Assembly: GCF_008065095.1 (NCBI RefSeq) | Contig: NZ_CP042911.1 | Coordinates: forward strand, 8,460,001 to 8,492,000 | Source: Gemmata obscuriglobus | GTDB taxonomy: Bacteria; Planctomycetota; Planctomycetia; Gemmatales; Gemmataceae | DNA length: 32,000 nucleotides | Direction: 5' to 3' | Shown: positions 15,752-24,018 of the stretch, piece by piece | Layout: the number at the start of each line of letters is the position of its first letter | Position numbering within the stretch: the first letter of the stretch is position 1 | Program-made: the position numbers and the translations under genes | Notes under the pieces: generated by a model | The model's database searches: none | What the model saw: only the letters and a program-made list of their open reading frames with translations | Told to the model about the DNA's origin: nothing

Positions 15752-16058
15752 GGTCACAGCGGTGGTCACAGCGATTTTTTCGCTATGGACACTCGGAACC
15801 CTTTGTTTTCTAGCCTTGGTCATAGCGGTCACAGCGGTCATAGGCTTTTAGAAGAAAGAGCTAAACACTTCCGTGGTCCGGTGCTCTCGGTCACCTCAGC
15901 CGAGACGACCGAGACGGCAGGCGGGCGGCGCCGTGTGTTCTCGGGGATAAGGAACGCTGCGCCCGCTGTGACCGCTGTGACCACCCCTTGCACCGCAAGC
16001 ACTTGCGGTGTCCATAGCGAAAAAATCGCTGTGACCGGGGAGCCGGTTCGGTGTGACC
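15752..16058. repeat. Iteron-like repeat block: 9 copies of GGTCA(C/T)AGC in two opposed clusters, a 29-bp perfect inverted repeat, an AT-rich patch and a 9-bp palindrome; candidate ori or ParB/terminase binding region
   Basis: Forward copies lie at 15752, 15764, 15818, 15827 and 15836. Reverse copies (GCTGTGACC) lie at 15965, 15974, 16028 and 16050 (one mismatch). The 29-bp inverted repeat ggtcacagcgattttttcgctatggacac is at 15764-15792 and 16008-16036. The AT-rich patch ttttagaagaaagagctaaacactt is at 15846-15870, and the palindrome caccgcaag-ca-cttgcggtg is at 15991-16010. Confidence 0.85.
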
Positions 16059-16059
16059 A

Positions 16060-18801
16060 CTACGGTGGAACGTCCTGATCGGGACTCCACCCGGACGAGT
16101 CCCGGCGCTTCCGGTCGTACTCACCAAGCAAGATGTCCGGCCGGCCCCCCTCGCCCCAGGACACGCCGGCGTACACCTGCTCGCGGTCCCGGCCGACCCG
16201 CTTCCGGACTTTGGTGACGCCCTTGAACACCTTCCGCAGCTCGACGCCGAAGTTCGCGTCGTTGAGCGAGAGGAACTTGCGGGCGCGGCACCACTCCACG
16301 TAAGCGGCGTACACCTCAGTGGTCCGAACCGTCTTGTCCGCGTCCGCGAGCTGGAGATGATCCTCCAGAAACTGCCGATGCGGGTTGCAGATCTCCCGGT
16401 GCTCAGCCTTCGCCGTCTCGCCAACCTTGGACGACGAAAACCCGCCCTGCTGGTACAGCCGGTGCAGCCCCGCGAGCGCCCAATTCAGCACGCCGGGCAG
16501 CTCGCCGGACGCGATCCACCAACCGGGGTCGCTCATCCCGTGAACCTTCTCGCCGTCGGTGATCACAGTCGTGAACGGCACCAACTGGTAACGCCGCCAA
16601 ACGCCCTCCGACCGGTCCGCGAACCGCGGCAGGGTGTTCGTCGAGAGGAGCAGCCGGGCCGTGGGCCGGGCCGAAATCGGGGCCTTGTTCTTCCGGTCGA
16701 AGCTCATCAGGTCCGCGCCGACGAAGCTCTTCAACTTCGCCTCCGCGACCTTGTCCAGTTCCCCGACCTCGGCCACCGCATTGACCAGCTTCCCGAGCGT
16801 GACGCCGAGCGCGAACCGCTCGCCGAACTCCTCCAGCGGCACCGACGCGTAGTTGTGGTCACCGATCAGCGCCCGAAGGACCGCCAGGAACGTGCTCTTC
16901 CCGTTCGACCCCTCGCCGGTCAAAACGAAGAACTGCTGGAATCGGGTGTCGAACCGGAGCAGGTAACCGGCGATCTCCTGCAGAATCAGTTGCCGCTCGC
17001 GGTCCCCGTCAGTGACGCGCTCAAGGAACGAATCGAACCGCGGGCACTTCGCGGAAGCGTCAAAGGCAACCGGGATCGCGGCCGGCGTGAAGTACAGCGG
17101 GGTGGCGGGCACGAGTGTCGGGGCGCCGCTGGCGAGCAGCTCGGCCACGTCGAGCAGCCCGTTGGCGCACGCGATGTACTCGCGCTGCTCGGCGGCCGGA
17201 CGCACGCGCGGAATCCGGTTCGGCCGGGGCGGATCGGCCGACAGCATCGCCGGCCAAGTGGTGTCAGCTTCGAGGTGAACCATCGACGCCGCGGCCGTCA
17301 CCGCGTTGCTGATCTTCCGCGTGTCGAGCTTCGGCACCGCGGGCCGGGCGCCCTGCCGGCCGCCGTGCTCCCAAGCCGCGACCGCGACCAGGTGCGCCGC
17401 CTCGCACTCGGCCCGCAGGATGTTCCAGCCGCGAAGATCGAAGTCGTTGTCCGCAACGGTGACGTACTTGCCCGCCCGCCATTCCCACCACTCGCCGCGG
17501 TGGTAAATGGCGGTCGGCAAGTCGCCCTGTCGGGGCACGAGCAGCCGCCCGAGCCGGTGCGGGTCCATGAACTCCTCGTGAACCGGTTCCTCGTCGCCCT
17601 CGCCGGCGGCCGCCCCGCCCTCCGGAGGGGCGGGGGAATCCGGTCCACCGACGACAGGGGCGGCCGGGCGCACGCGGCGCGGGGCATACCCCTCGTCGCG
17701 GAGCCGCTCGGCCAGGCGGGCGAAGTCGCCCCCAAACTCCAAATGGCAGCGGAGCCAGCTCGGGTTGAGCCCCTGGTTAAACGGGATGCCGGCCGCGTCG
17801 GTGAAGCCGTAAAAGAGCGGCACACCCGACACGACCATGATGTTGCCGCTCTTGTCGCCACCCTTGCCCGGACGGCGAAAGTCCCAGCGGGCACCCCGGC
17901 GCCCCGCATCGACCCAACCGTTTCTCTCCAGCATGTCCGCAACCGACCGCTCGGTAGCAGCCGCGTTGAACGCCGCAAACACGTCCGGACCCGAAGCACC
18001 TCCCGCGGCAACGGCGGTGCGGGTCACGCGGGCGGCACGAGGCGCCGGGGCGGGCCGGAGTTGCGGCGCCTGCGGGACTTCGAGCGCGTCCGGCGGGATC
18101 AGGTCCGTCGGGTCGCCGGTGAGCGAAAGCACGTGATCGACCGCCCGGGCACCGTCGAGCCAGTTCGAGCCGTCATACACCCGCGGCCAGAAATTGCGCT
18201 TGTGGTGCCGGCCCACCAGCCGGAGCCAGTTCCCGTACTTGGTGCTCTCGTTGATCTCGGTTTGCTTGGGGAACGTCTCCGGCATCTTGCCGAAGCCGAA
18301 CTGCGCGTAGTCGCGGACGAGCCAGCGCCCGAACGCGAACAGCGAGCTCCCGGCCACCGGATCGGCGAACAGGGCGAGCAGGTGATACCCGCCGGAGCCG
18401 TTGGATTCCGCGAGCACCGGGCGGAACCGCAACTCGACGAGTTGCGCGTAAACGGACAGAGCGAACCGCTCGTTCGCGGCCGGGTCGCACGGCTGACCGG
18501 GGTGCGCGTCGATGTCCACCCCGACCCATTTGCCGGTTCCGTCCGGCCCGATCGCGTGCAGCCCCATCACGTGCGGGGTGTCGATCGCACCGAAGTGACG
18601 GACGAGCCGGGCGTGATCAACGAACCCGGCCTGCGCCCCTCGGCTCGGCCGCGTCGTCCGCTTCACCTCGCCGTCGTCGCCGATGTAACACCCGCCGCAC
18701 CGGTCCGTGCGGTTCACGATGCGGAGCATCGCCCACCGGGCCAGGTCGTCGGCCCGCTGGCGCCACGCGGTCGCGTCGCTGCTTACCGTTTCGGTCACCA
18801 C
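16060..18801 (-). CDS. Bifunctional prim-pol / P4-D5-type primase-helicase (913 aa)
   Basis: The N-terminus is prim-pol-like (…HVMGLHAIGPDGTGKWVGVDIDAH…GSGGYHLLALF). The C-terminal part matches the P4-family primase NTPase region (…FFVLTGEGSNGKSTFLAVLRALIG…LVNAVAEVGE…FVGADLMSFDRKNKAPISARPTARLLLSTNTLPRF…WRRYQLVPF). The start is GTG. Confidence 0.85.
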   Translation of the reverse strand: MVTETVSSDATAWRQRADDLARWAMLRIVNRTDRCGGCYIGDDGEVKRTTRPSRGAQAGFVDHARLVRHFGAIDTPHVMGLHAIGPDGTGKWVGVDIDAHPGQPCDPAANERFALSVYAQLVELRFRPVLAESNGSGGYHLLALFADPVAGSSLFAFGRWLVRDYAQFGFGKMPETFPKQTEINESTKYGNWLRLVGRHHKRNFWPRVYDGSNWLDGARAVDHVLSLTGDPTDLIPPDALEVPQAPQLRPAPAPRAARVTRTAVAAGGASGPDVFAAFNAAATERSVADMLERNGWVDAGRRGARWDFRRPGKGGDKSGNIMVVSGVPLFYGFTDAAGIPFNQGLNPSWLRCHLEFGGDFARLAERLRDEGYAPRRVRPAAPVVGGPDSPAPPEGGAAAGEGDEEPVHEEFMDPHRLGRLLVPRQGDLPTAIYHRGEWWEWRAGKYVTVADNDFDLRGWNILRAECEAAHLVAVAAWEHGGRQGARPAVPKLDTRKISNAVTAAASMVHLEADTTWPAMLSADPPRPNRIPRVRPAAEQREYIACANGLLDVAELLASGAPTLVPATPLYFTPAAIPVAFDASAKCPRFDSFLERVTDGDRERQLILQEIAGYLLRFDTRFQQFFVLTGEGSNGKSTFLAVLRALIGDHNYASVPLEEFGERFALGVTLGKLVNAVAEVGELDKVAEAKLKSFVGADLMSFDRKNKAPISARPTARLLLSTNTLPRFADRSEGVWRRYQLVPFTTVITDGEKVHGMSDPGWWIASGELPGVLNWALAGLHRLYQQGGFSSSKVGETAKAEHREICNPHRQFLEDHLQLADADKTVRTTEVYAAYVEWCRARKFLSLNDANFGVELRKVFKGVTKVRKRVGRDREQVYAGVSWGEGGRPDILLGEYDRKRRDSSGWSPDQDVPP

Positions 18802-18849
18802 CGGCCGCCCTCGCCCACGTGCCCCACGTCCGGCCCACCGCCGCCCCCG

Positions 18850-19620
18850 TCACGCGTCGCCCGCGAGGTATCCCGGCACCTCCGCCAGCCCCAGCGCGTC
18901 CGCCACGCGCTGCCGACCGATCGCCACGTACGGCGCCTCGCACTCGATCGCCAGGCACCGCCGCCCTTCGAGCGCGGCCGCAACGGCAGACGTGAACGAG
19001 CCGGCGAACGGGTCCAGCACAAGCCCGCTCGCCGGCGCGATCTTCACCAACTCGCGCAGCAACTCGGTCGGCTTACCGGTCAAGTGGTGCTTATCGGCCT
19101 GCTTCACGCCGACCGAGTAGAAGCCCGGTAGCGGTGCGCCTTCGAGCGGCCGCGGCCCTTTCGTGCCCCACACCAGATACTCACACGATGACGTGAACCG
19201 CCCCTGTGTCGGCCTCGCGCCCGGCTTGTGCCACGGAACGATGCCGCGGTAGACCCACCCACCCGCCTGGATGGCGTCCACGGTCACGGGAAGCTGGCGC
19301 CAGTCGGCGAACACGCCGCAAATGGTTCCGGGCCGGGCCGCCCGTAAGCACTGAGCGAGCCACAGCGCCGACCAGTACCCGTAGGCGCGCTGGTCGCGGG
19401 TGTCGCCGGCAAACGCCGGGTACTCGCGCCTGGTGCCGGTCTGCTGGTACTTCTTGCGGACGCCGCTGATCTTGTCCCCGCGGGTGAACCCGCCGCTCGA
19501 ATACGGCGGGTCCGCGAGGACCAAATCGAACGCCTCGCTCGGCAGGTCCACCAGTACCGCCAGCGACTCGCCCTGAACGATCCGCACCGGTTCGGCCGCC
19601 GTTGGCAACTCGATCTTCAT
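18850..19620 (-). CDS. DNA methyltransferase, beta-class N6A/N4C (orphan)
   Basis: The DPPY catalytic motif comes early (DLVLADPPYSSGG) and the SAM-binding motif late (LVLDPFAGSFTSAVAA). No restriction endonuclease partner was recognised in the window. Confidence 0.85.
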   Translation of the reverse strand: MKIELPTAAEPVRIVQGESLAVLVDLPSEAFDLVLADPPYSSGGFTRGDKISGVRKKYQQTGTRREYPAFAGDTRDQRAYGYWSALWLAQCLRAARPGTICGVFADWRQLPVTVDAIQAGGWVYRGIVPWHKPGARPTQGRFTSSCEYLVWGTKGPRPLEGAPLPGFYSVGVKQADKHHLTGKPTELLRELVKIAPASGLVLDPFAGSFTSAVAAALEGRRCLAIECEAPYVAIGRQRVADALGLAEVPGYLAGDA

Positions 19621-19757
19621 GCCGTCCCCTGGTTCGCGTCAGTCGGGCGTGTCCGCCGCACCCGAGCCACAAGCAGATTGCACGCGGCCCCGCGGGCGGC
19701 CTCACGCCGCTCCGGTATCTCGATCGCGCGGGGAACACGGGTGGTAAGCGAGTGGGG

Positions 19758-20480
19758 TCACTTGGAAGCGACCGCCCGCCTCTTGCGTCGGTGCCGCAGT
19801 GCCCTGACGGCATGGGGATGAACGGATTGCGGCGTCACGTACGCAACGCTCTTCTCGCCAGTCGTTGAGCCCTCGCGGGCCTGAAGCATCTTGGTGGCGC
19901 CCGAGAGCATCAGCGACACCCACGACTGGCCGCGCCCCAGGTGCTCGGCCACGTCGTAGGTGCGGCCGTGCAAATCGGCGCGCAAGAGGTACGCGCGGAG
20001 TGCCTCCCCGTAGGCGGCGGGTACTCGGGTGCTGTACACCAGCACGGTATCCTCGCTCTCCACCTCCCAGCCCACCGGCAACTCGTCAGCCGGCAGCGTG
20101 TCGGCCACGGTCAGGTCACGCCAGTCGGCGGAACCCGAGGCCGGGGCGCTCGCATGCACCACGCTCGGCGCCCGGCCTTCGTTCCGGAGTCGCCGCGGAA
20201 TGCCCATGCCGCGACCGAGTTCGGTGCGGGCCATGTCGATCACGCGGCCGGTTGCGATCTGACGCGCCCACGATTCCCAGGTGCCCGATTCCGGCCGGTA
20301 CGACGCCGCCGCCTCGCACAGGGCGTACAGCGCCTCGGCCCGGTACTCCTCGACCAGCCCCGGGCACTTCCGGGCCATGCGGTTCGCCACCGACAACGCC
20401 AGCGCGATGCTTTCCGGCGCGCCGGCCAGATCCCGTTGCTCCGGCGTCAACGGGGGGCGTGTGTTCTGCGGCCATCCCAT
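19758..20480 (-). CDS. Sigma-70 family (group 4/ECF-like) sigma factor, phage-encoded (240 aa)
   Basis: The track ORF 19758..21047 is trimmed to the ATG at 20480, which has a strong GAGGAGGGTGAAT SD. It has a region 2-like segment (…YRAEALYALCEAAASYRPESGTWESWARQIATGRVIDMARTE…) and a region 4-like HTH (…GRTYDVAEHLGRGQSWVSLMLSGATKML…). Confidence 0.65.
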   Translation of the reverse strand: MGWPQNTRPPLTPEQRDLAGAPESIALALSVANRMARKCPGLVEEYRAEALYALCEAAASYRPESGTWESWARQIATGRVIDMARTELGRGMGIPRRLRNEGRAPSVVHASAPASGSADWRDLTVADTLPADELPVGWEVESEDTVLVYSTRVPAAYGEALRAYLLRADLHGRTYDVAEHLGRGQSWVSLMLSGATKMLQAREGSTTGEKSVAYVTPQSVHPHAVRALRHRRKRRAVASK

Positions 20481-20491
20481 ATTCACCCTCC

Positions 20492-21070
20492 TCAGATCCT
20501 GCGAACCAACGAGAAGACAACGAACGACCGCGGCACTTCGGGGAACTTCCCGGGCCTTAAGTGAACCGAACTCCAGATGTGGAGCGGCTCGAGCACCTTG
20601 TCCGGGATGAGCCTCCCGATCCGCGCCTCGGCGAGCGTGCCGGCGGTGAGCCGGTAGCCGTCGCGGACGTGCTCGGCGAGGACGCACCCGGCCGGGAACT
20701 TGCCGTCCTTGTCCCACTGCTCGAACAGCGATAGGACCGGCTCGCCCGGGGGCAGCTCGACGAACTTCCGAAGCGGCTCGCCCTGCGGCCGGCCGCGCGG
20801 TGGGGGCGTGTTCTCGTCGAAGTCGTCGGCCGGCTTCGGCGGGGGAGCGGTGACCGGCGCGGGTGCGGACGCCCGACCCGGGGGCGGGTCGTCGATGCCC
20901 GCGAGCAGGTCCGGAACGAACTGGCCGACCGACTTCGAGACGGGCGGCGGGGTCGCACCGGCGGGCACCCGCTCGGCGCAGGTGCGTTTGTGCTTCCCCC
21001 CTTTGGTCCGGCACACGTCGCCGGACGAAGAGCCGCACTTTGGGCACGAGATCAGGATGGGGTCACTCAT
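20492..21070 (-). CDS. Zn-ribbon protein (192 aa), hypothetical
   Basis: MSDPILISCPKCGSSSGDVCRTKGGKHKRTCAERV, then a Pro-rich linker and a C-terminal domain. Its ATG overlaps the stop of the upstream gene (ATGA). It ends 11 nt before the sigma factor gene. Confidence 0.65.
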   Translation of the reverse strand: MSDPILISCPKCGSSSGDVCRTKGGKHKRTCAERVPAGATPPPVSKSVGQFVPDLLAGIDDPPPGRASAPAPVTAPPPKPADDFDENTPPPRGRPQGEPLRKFVELPPGEPVLSLFEQWDKDGKFPAGCVLAEHVRDGYRLTAGTLAEARIGRLIPDKVLEPLHIWSSVHLRPGKFPEVPRSFVVFSLVRRI

Positions 21071-21477
21071 TTCGCACCGGCCCTCCGCTCTTGTTCTTCG
21101 CGCTCCAATTCCGCACGCGCCGCGGCGAACTCCTGATCAGTGGGCCACCGCCGACCCGTCACCTTCGCGCAGATCCGCTTGAGGTGCGCGAAGCCGCGGT
21201 CCACCACACCGAGCCCCGCCGCATCCCCCGCGAACTCCCGCCGCATCAGGTCGTACCAGTCGAACAGCAGCCGGGGGAACAGCACCGCCGCGCTCTCCGC
21301 GCTCGGCTCCGGCCCGTCGTCCACCGGGTCAAGCCCGAGGTGCTTGCGCGCCAGCTCCCGCCACACGGACGGCACCTGATCGCTCCCCGCCAGCCACACC
21401 ACGTAATCGGGCGGGCACTCCGCGAGCGTCTCGCCCTGGTGCTTGCCGAACGACAGCCGGGGCGCGGGGCGCGTCAT
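21067..21477 (-). CDS. DUF3820-like protein (136 aa)
   Basis: The N-terminus …LSFGKHQGETLAECPPDYVVWLAG… matches the FGKHKG…Y..W motif of DUF3820-type domains common in phages. It has ATGA overlaps at both ends. Confidence 0.6.
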   Translation of the reverse strand: MTRPAPRLSFGKHQGETLAECPPDYVVWLAGSDQVPSVWRELARKHLGLDPVDDGPEPSAESAAVLFPRLLFDWYDLMRREFAGDAAGLGVVDRGFAHLKRICAKVTGRRWPTDQEFAAARAELEREEQERRAGAK

Positions 21478-21806
21478 GCGTCGTACCCCAGCCGGGCCGG
21501 AGCAACGGCCCGCGGCCGCAGGTCCGCCACGACATCACAGAACACCGTGCCCGCGAGCCGTCCCGCGGTCTCGGCCGTGCGGATGCGAGACACCCGCCTG
21601 ACCGAGTGAACCGCGATTGCGCCGGGATTGTCCCCGCCGCGAACCGCCCGCCAAGCCGCATCGGTGTCCGGCGGCTCGCTCGCCGATAGCGTCACGGCAA
21701 AGAAGGTGAACGTGTGCTGCGTCCGGAACTCGATTGCGGTGATCTCCCAGAGCGCCTTCCGCGACTGTGCGTCGGGCGCGGGTAGTGCGGCAACGGTCAG
21801 CATCAT
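21474..21806 (-). CDS. Hypothetical protein (110 aa)
   Basis: The track ORF 21474..21974 is trimmed to the ATG at 21806, which overlaps the stop of the upstream gene (ATGA). The sequence begins MMLTVAALPAPDAQSRKALWEITAIEFRTQHTFTFFAVTL…. Confidence 0.5.
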   Translation of the reverse strand: MMLTVAALPAPDAQSRKALWEITAIEFRTQHTFTFFAVTLSASEPPDTDAAWRAVRGGDNPGAIAVHSVRRVSRIRTAETAGRLAGTVFCDVVADLRPRAVAPARLGYDA

Positions 21807-22159
21807 TCGCCCCTCCGGTACTTGGCCGACGGCTCGGCTTGGCCGATTTCGATGCCCGACGAGTACACGTCGTCGAGCCAGTCGCACAGCTCGGCGGGGC
21901 TGCTGGCGATGAACATCACCTCGCCCGCGAGCCCCGGCGATTTGCAGCCCGGTGCGAAGTACGCCACGGGGCACTTGCGACCGACGTAGATGCCCGCTGC
22001 CAGGTACGCCACCGGCTCCGCTCCGTACACGAGGACAACGGCGTCGATCCGGGTGACCACCCCGAGCGGCACCGGGGTCATGCCGAGCCGGCGGATTTGC
22101 CGCTCGGCGGACTGGTCGGCGCGGTGGTCACGCCCGTTTGGCAGCAGGAGCACGTTCAC
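21803..22159 (-). CDS. Hypothetical protein (118 aa), alternating beta-alpha (Rossmann-like) pattern
   Basis: The GTG start overlaps the upstream stop (GTGA). The sequence reads MNVLLLPNGRD…AVVLVYGAEPVAYLAAGIYVGRKCPVAYF…VMFIASSPAELCDWL. No family was recognised. Confidence 0.5.
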   Translation of the reverse strand: MNVLLLPNGRDHRADQSAERQIRRLGMTPVPLGVVTRIDAVVLVYGAEPVAYLAAGIYVGRKCPVAYFAPGCKSPGLAGEVMFIASSPAELCDWLDDVYSSGIEIGQAEPSAKYRRGE

Positions 22160-22311
22160 GCGCGGCCCTCACGCGTGCGCTGTTGGAGTCGCACCCGGAA
22201 CCGTTCGAGCACCGCGTCCGCTCGCGACCCGCCCGACGGCTTCGCGAGCGCCGCACGGGCGCACACGCCGATTCGTTCCTTGGCCCGCGGCTTGGCTGAC
22301 TTGATGCCCAT
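22156..22311 (-). CDS. Small basic hypothetical protein (51 aa)
   Basis: The ATG at 22311 shares one nt with the RNase H stop (TGATG). The sequence is MGIKSAKPRAKERIGVCARAALAKPSGGSRADAVLERFRVRLQQRTREGRA. The rest of track ORF 22156..22512 overlaps the RNase H gene. Confidence 0.35.
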   Translation of the reverse strand: MGIKSAKPRAKERIGVCARAALAKPSGGSRADAVLERFRVRLQQRTREGRA

Positions 22312-22781
22312 CACGTACCCCCTTTGACTCTCTTGGGTCGAACCGGCACGGGCTTCCCCGTCCGGCCCACGTAAGCGGCCTGACTCAACAGGTCCGCGTG
22401 CGTGTTCTGCTCGCGCGGCACCCACACCGCTTTCCACCGGCACCCGAGCGTTGTCAGGTACTCCAGGCACCGGTCCCGGCACTCGCGTAGGCGCTCGTCC
22501 CGGCACTCCCAATCGCCCGTGAGCTGGTTAATCACGAGTTGGGAGTCACCGAGGATCGTGATCCCGTCCGGCCTGATCCCGAGCGCGACCAGCGCGCCGA
22601 TTCCTTTCCCGCACGCCACCCACTCGGCGAAGTTGTTGGTCATCCGGGCGCCGGCCCCGATCACCCCGCACCCCGCGAGTGATTCGAGCGGCGCGTCGAG
22701 CCCCTGGGCGATCCACCCGAAGCACGCGACGCCCCCGGGGTTGAACGGCTCACACAGACCGTCGAAGAAAATCGTGATCAC
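22311..22781 (-). CDS. RNase H (type 1-like), 156 aa
   Basis: …ITIFFDGLCEPFNPGG…NNFAEWVACGKGIGAL…ILGDSQLVINQLTGDW…VPREQNTHADLLSQ fits the DEDD arrangement of RNase HI-like domains. The GTG start at 22781 overlaps the RHH gene stop (GTGA); the alternative start is at 22829. Confidence 0.75.
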   Translation of the reverse strand: MITIFFDGLCEPFNPGGVACFGWIAQGLDAPLESLAGCGVIGAGARMTNNFAEWVACGKGIGALVALGIRPDGITILGDSQLVINQLTGDWECRDERLRECRDRCLEYLTTLGCRWKAVWVPREQNTHADLLSQAAYVGRTGKPVPVRPKRVKGGT

Positions 22782-23002
22782 CCGCCGGCCTCCCGCTCCT
22801 GTTGCAACTGCTTCTTCCGCCGCCGCCACGTCCGCGACCGCTCCCGCTTCGCGCGCCCCTCCTCGACCAATTGCACGAGCAGGCTGGAAATCGTGTGCTC
22901 GCCCTGGAACCGGGTGCGGCTCTTCGCAACTTGCTCCTCAAGCCACGCGAGCAACTCACGCGGACAGCGGAACGTCACCCGGGGGCTACCCTCGCTCGGC
23001 AT
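22778..23002 (-). CDS. Ribbon-helix-helix (CopG/Arc-like) DNA-binding protein (74 aa)
   Basis: The track ORF 22778..23164 is trimmed to the ATG at 23002. MPSEGSPRVTFRCPRELLAWLEEQVAKSRTRFQGEHTISSLLVQLVEEG is a typical beta-strand plus two-helix RHH layout, followed by a basic tail. Confidence 0.6.
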   Translation of the reverse strand: MPSEGSPRVTFRCPRELLAWLEEQVAKSRTRFQGEHTISSLLVQLVEEGRAKRERSRTWRRRKKQLQQEREAGG

Positions 23003-23043
23003 TGGGCGTTCTCCGGCGGGGGTGTCAGACACCCCCGCGTATC

Positions 23044-23292
23044 TCAGGTGCCCAACGCGATCGTCAGGAGGAACGTGGCGGAAGCGGTGGCGGCCGCCGC
23101 GACGAGCGCGATGAGCATCGCGTCGAGCAGGGGCGCGGGCCGCACAAACATCACCGGCCCGCACTCACCGCATTGGAGGTTCGCGCTCACGAGCCCGCGG
23201 ACGTGGAGCAGCTCCCCAAACTCATCACGGCACTTGGCACACATCACACGGCTCCGGGGAACGTGGGTACGTAGCAGCCCCACGGCGTTCAC
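23044..23292 (-). CDS. Small Zn-ribbon protein with C-terminal transmembrane helix (82 aa; alternative ATG at 23244 gives 66 aa)
   Basis: CAKC…CGEC cysteine pairs are followed by the hydrophobic stretch LLDAMLIALVAAAATASATFLLTIALG. Confidence 0.5.
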   Translation of the reverse strand: MNAVGLLRTHVPRSRVMCAKCRDEFGELLHVRGLVSANLQCGECGPVMFVRPAPLLDAMLIALVAAAATASATFLLTIALGT

Positions 23293-23389
23293 GCCGCCAG
23301 AGGCAACTCGGACTTATCGCAGTGGATTCATGCCCCACCCGGGGAGCGCTGCCGCGCTCATCAGCCGCGCTCGACCCGGGCAGGTGCTC

Positions 23390-23716
23390 TCACACCTTCG
23401 CGAACTCGGCGCGAAGTGCTTTCATGGCTCGATCCGCCGCACTGTTTCGCGCGGCGGGAGTACGTGCGGCAGGTTGCTCGACTCCGGCGGATGCGGTCTC
23501 GAAGAACCTGGCGATCGCTTCCTTACTGGTCACCCGGCGGCCGCCGATGCGGGCAGTCTCCAGCTTGACGCGGTCGCCGCTCATGAGCAGGCCGGTGTCA
23601 GCCCACCCGTAAATCGTCTTCGGTGACGGCCTCTTCCCGCCGATCGCGGGGCACGCCGCGGCGGCTTCGGCAAAGGTCAGCACTGACTCAGTGAGTACAC
23701 GCGGCATGGGCGTCAT
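23390..23716 (-). CDS. Excisionase-like / DUF1580-like HTH DNA-binding protein (108 aa)
   Basis: …LTFAEAAAACPAIGGKRPSPKTIYGWADTGLL…LETARIGGRRVTSKEAIARFFE resembles MerR/Xis-type winged HTH proteins, and the planctomycete DUF1580 pattern as recalled. It is the second gene of the leftward early operon. Confidence 0.6.
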   Translation of the reverse strand: MTPMPRVLTESVLTFAEAAAACPAIGGKRPSPKTIYGWADTGLLMSGDRVKLETARIGGRRVTSKEAIARFFETASAGVEQPAARTPAARNSAADRAMKALRAEFAKV

Positions 23717-23719
23717 GGG

Positions 23720-23968
23720 TCACTCCCCCGCCGGAACGGGGGCACCAGCGAACGACTCCGCTCGCTTCGCTAGTTCCTCGGACGCGAGTCGTTTAGCTGG
23801 TTCAAGAAAGTGCATGTCGAGATAGACAGCAACGCTCACGCCCGCGCCGAACGCGGCAGCTCCAACGGCGTCCGCAAAGGCACGCGAGGAACTCACGGTC
23901 GTGACTTTAGGGCGATCAGGGGGTGCCGCTTGAGTCGCGTGCGTCTGCTTTACGGTGTGGCTCGCCAT
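23720..23968 (-). CDS. Small hypothetical protein with one hydrophobic segment (82 aa), first gene of the leftward early operon
   Basis: The track ORF 23720..24439 is trimmed to the ATG at 23968, which has a GGAGGGG SD. The upstream part of that ORF crosses the AT-rich intergenic region and the plus-strand gene. Confidence 0.5.
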   Translation of the reverse strand: MASHTVKQTHATQAAPPDRPKVTTVSSSRAFADAVGAAAFGAGVSVAVYLDMHFLEPAKRLASEELAKRAESFAGAPVPAGE

Positions 23969-23980
23969 CAACCCCTCCGC

Positions 23981-24018
23981 TTCAGCTATGTCATATACAC
24001 ATATATGCCATAGCTGAA
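23981..24018. promoter_or_regulatory. Operator-like palindrome in the divergent switch region
   Basis: TTCAGCTATG (23981-23990) and CATAGCTGAA (24009-24018) are perfect 10-bp inverted repeats. They flank the AT-rich core tcatatacacatatatgc, which has TATA-like hexamers on both strands. The element lies in the lowest-GC stretch of the window (23969-24127), between divergent genes. Confidence 0.6.

Noticed and set aside
15752-16058. The repeat block as a CRISPR array
   Set aside because: The repeats are only 9 nt, partly contiguous and present in both orientations. There are no uniform spacers and no cas genes.
16357-19131. 924-aa plus-strand ORF
   Set aside because: It is antisense to the primase-helicase and methyltransferase genes. 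The translation is R/P/G/A-rich with no motifs, whereas the minus-strand products have clear family signatures. This is a typical shadow ORF in high-GC DNA.
19758-21047. The 429-aa minus-strand ORF as a single gene
   Set aside because: Only the last 240 codons look like a protein (sigma regions, strong SD at 20481-20493). The upstream part overlaps the better 192-aa Zn-ribbon ORF in another frame and is Arg/Pro-rich.
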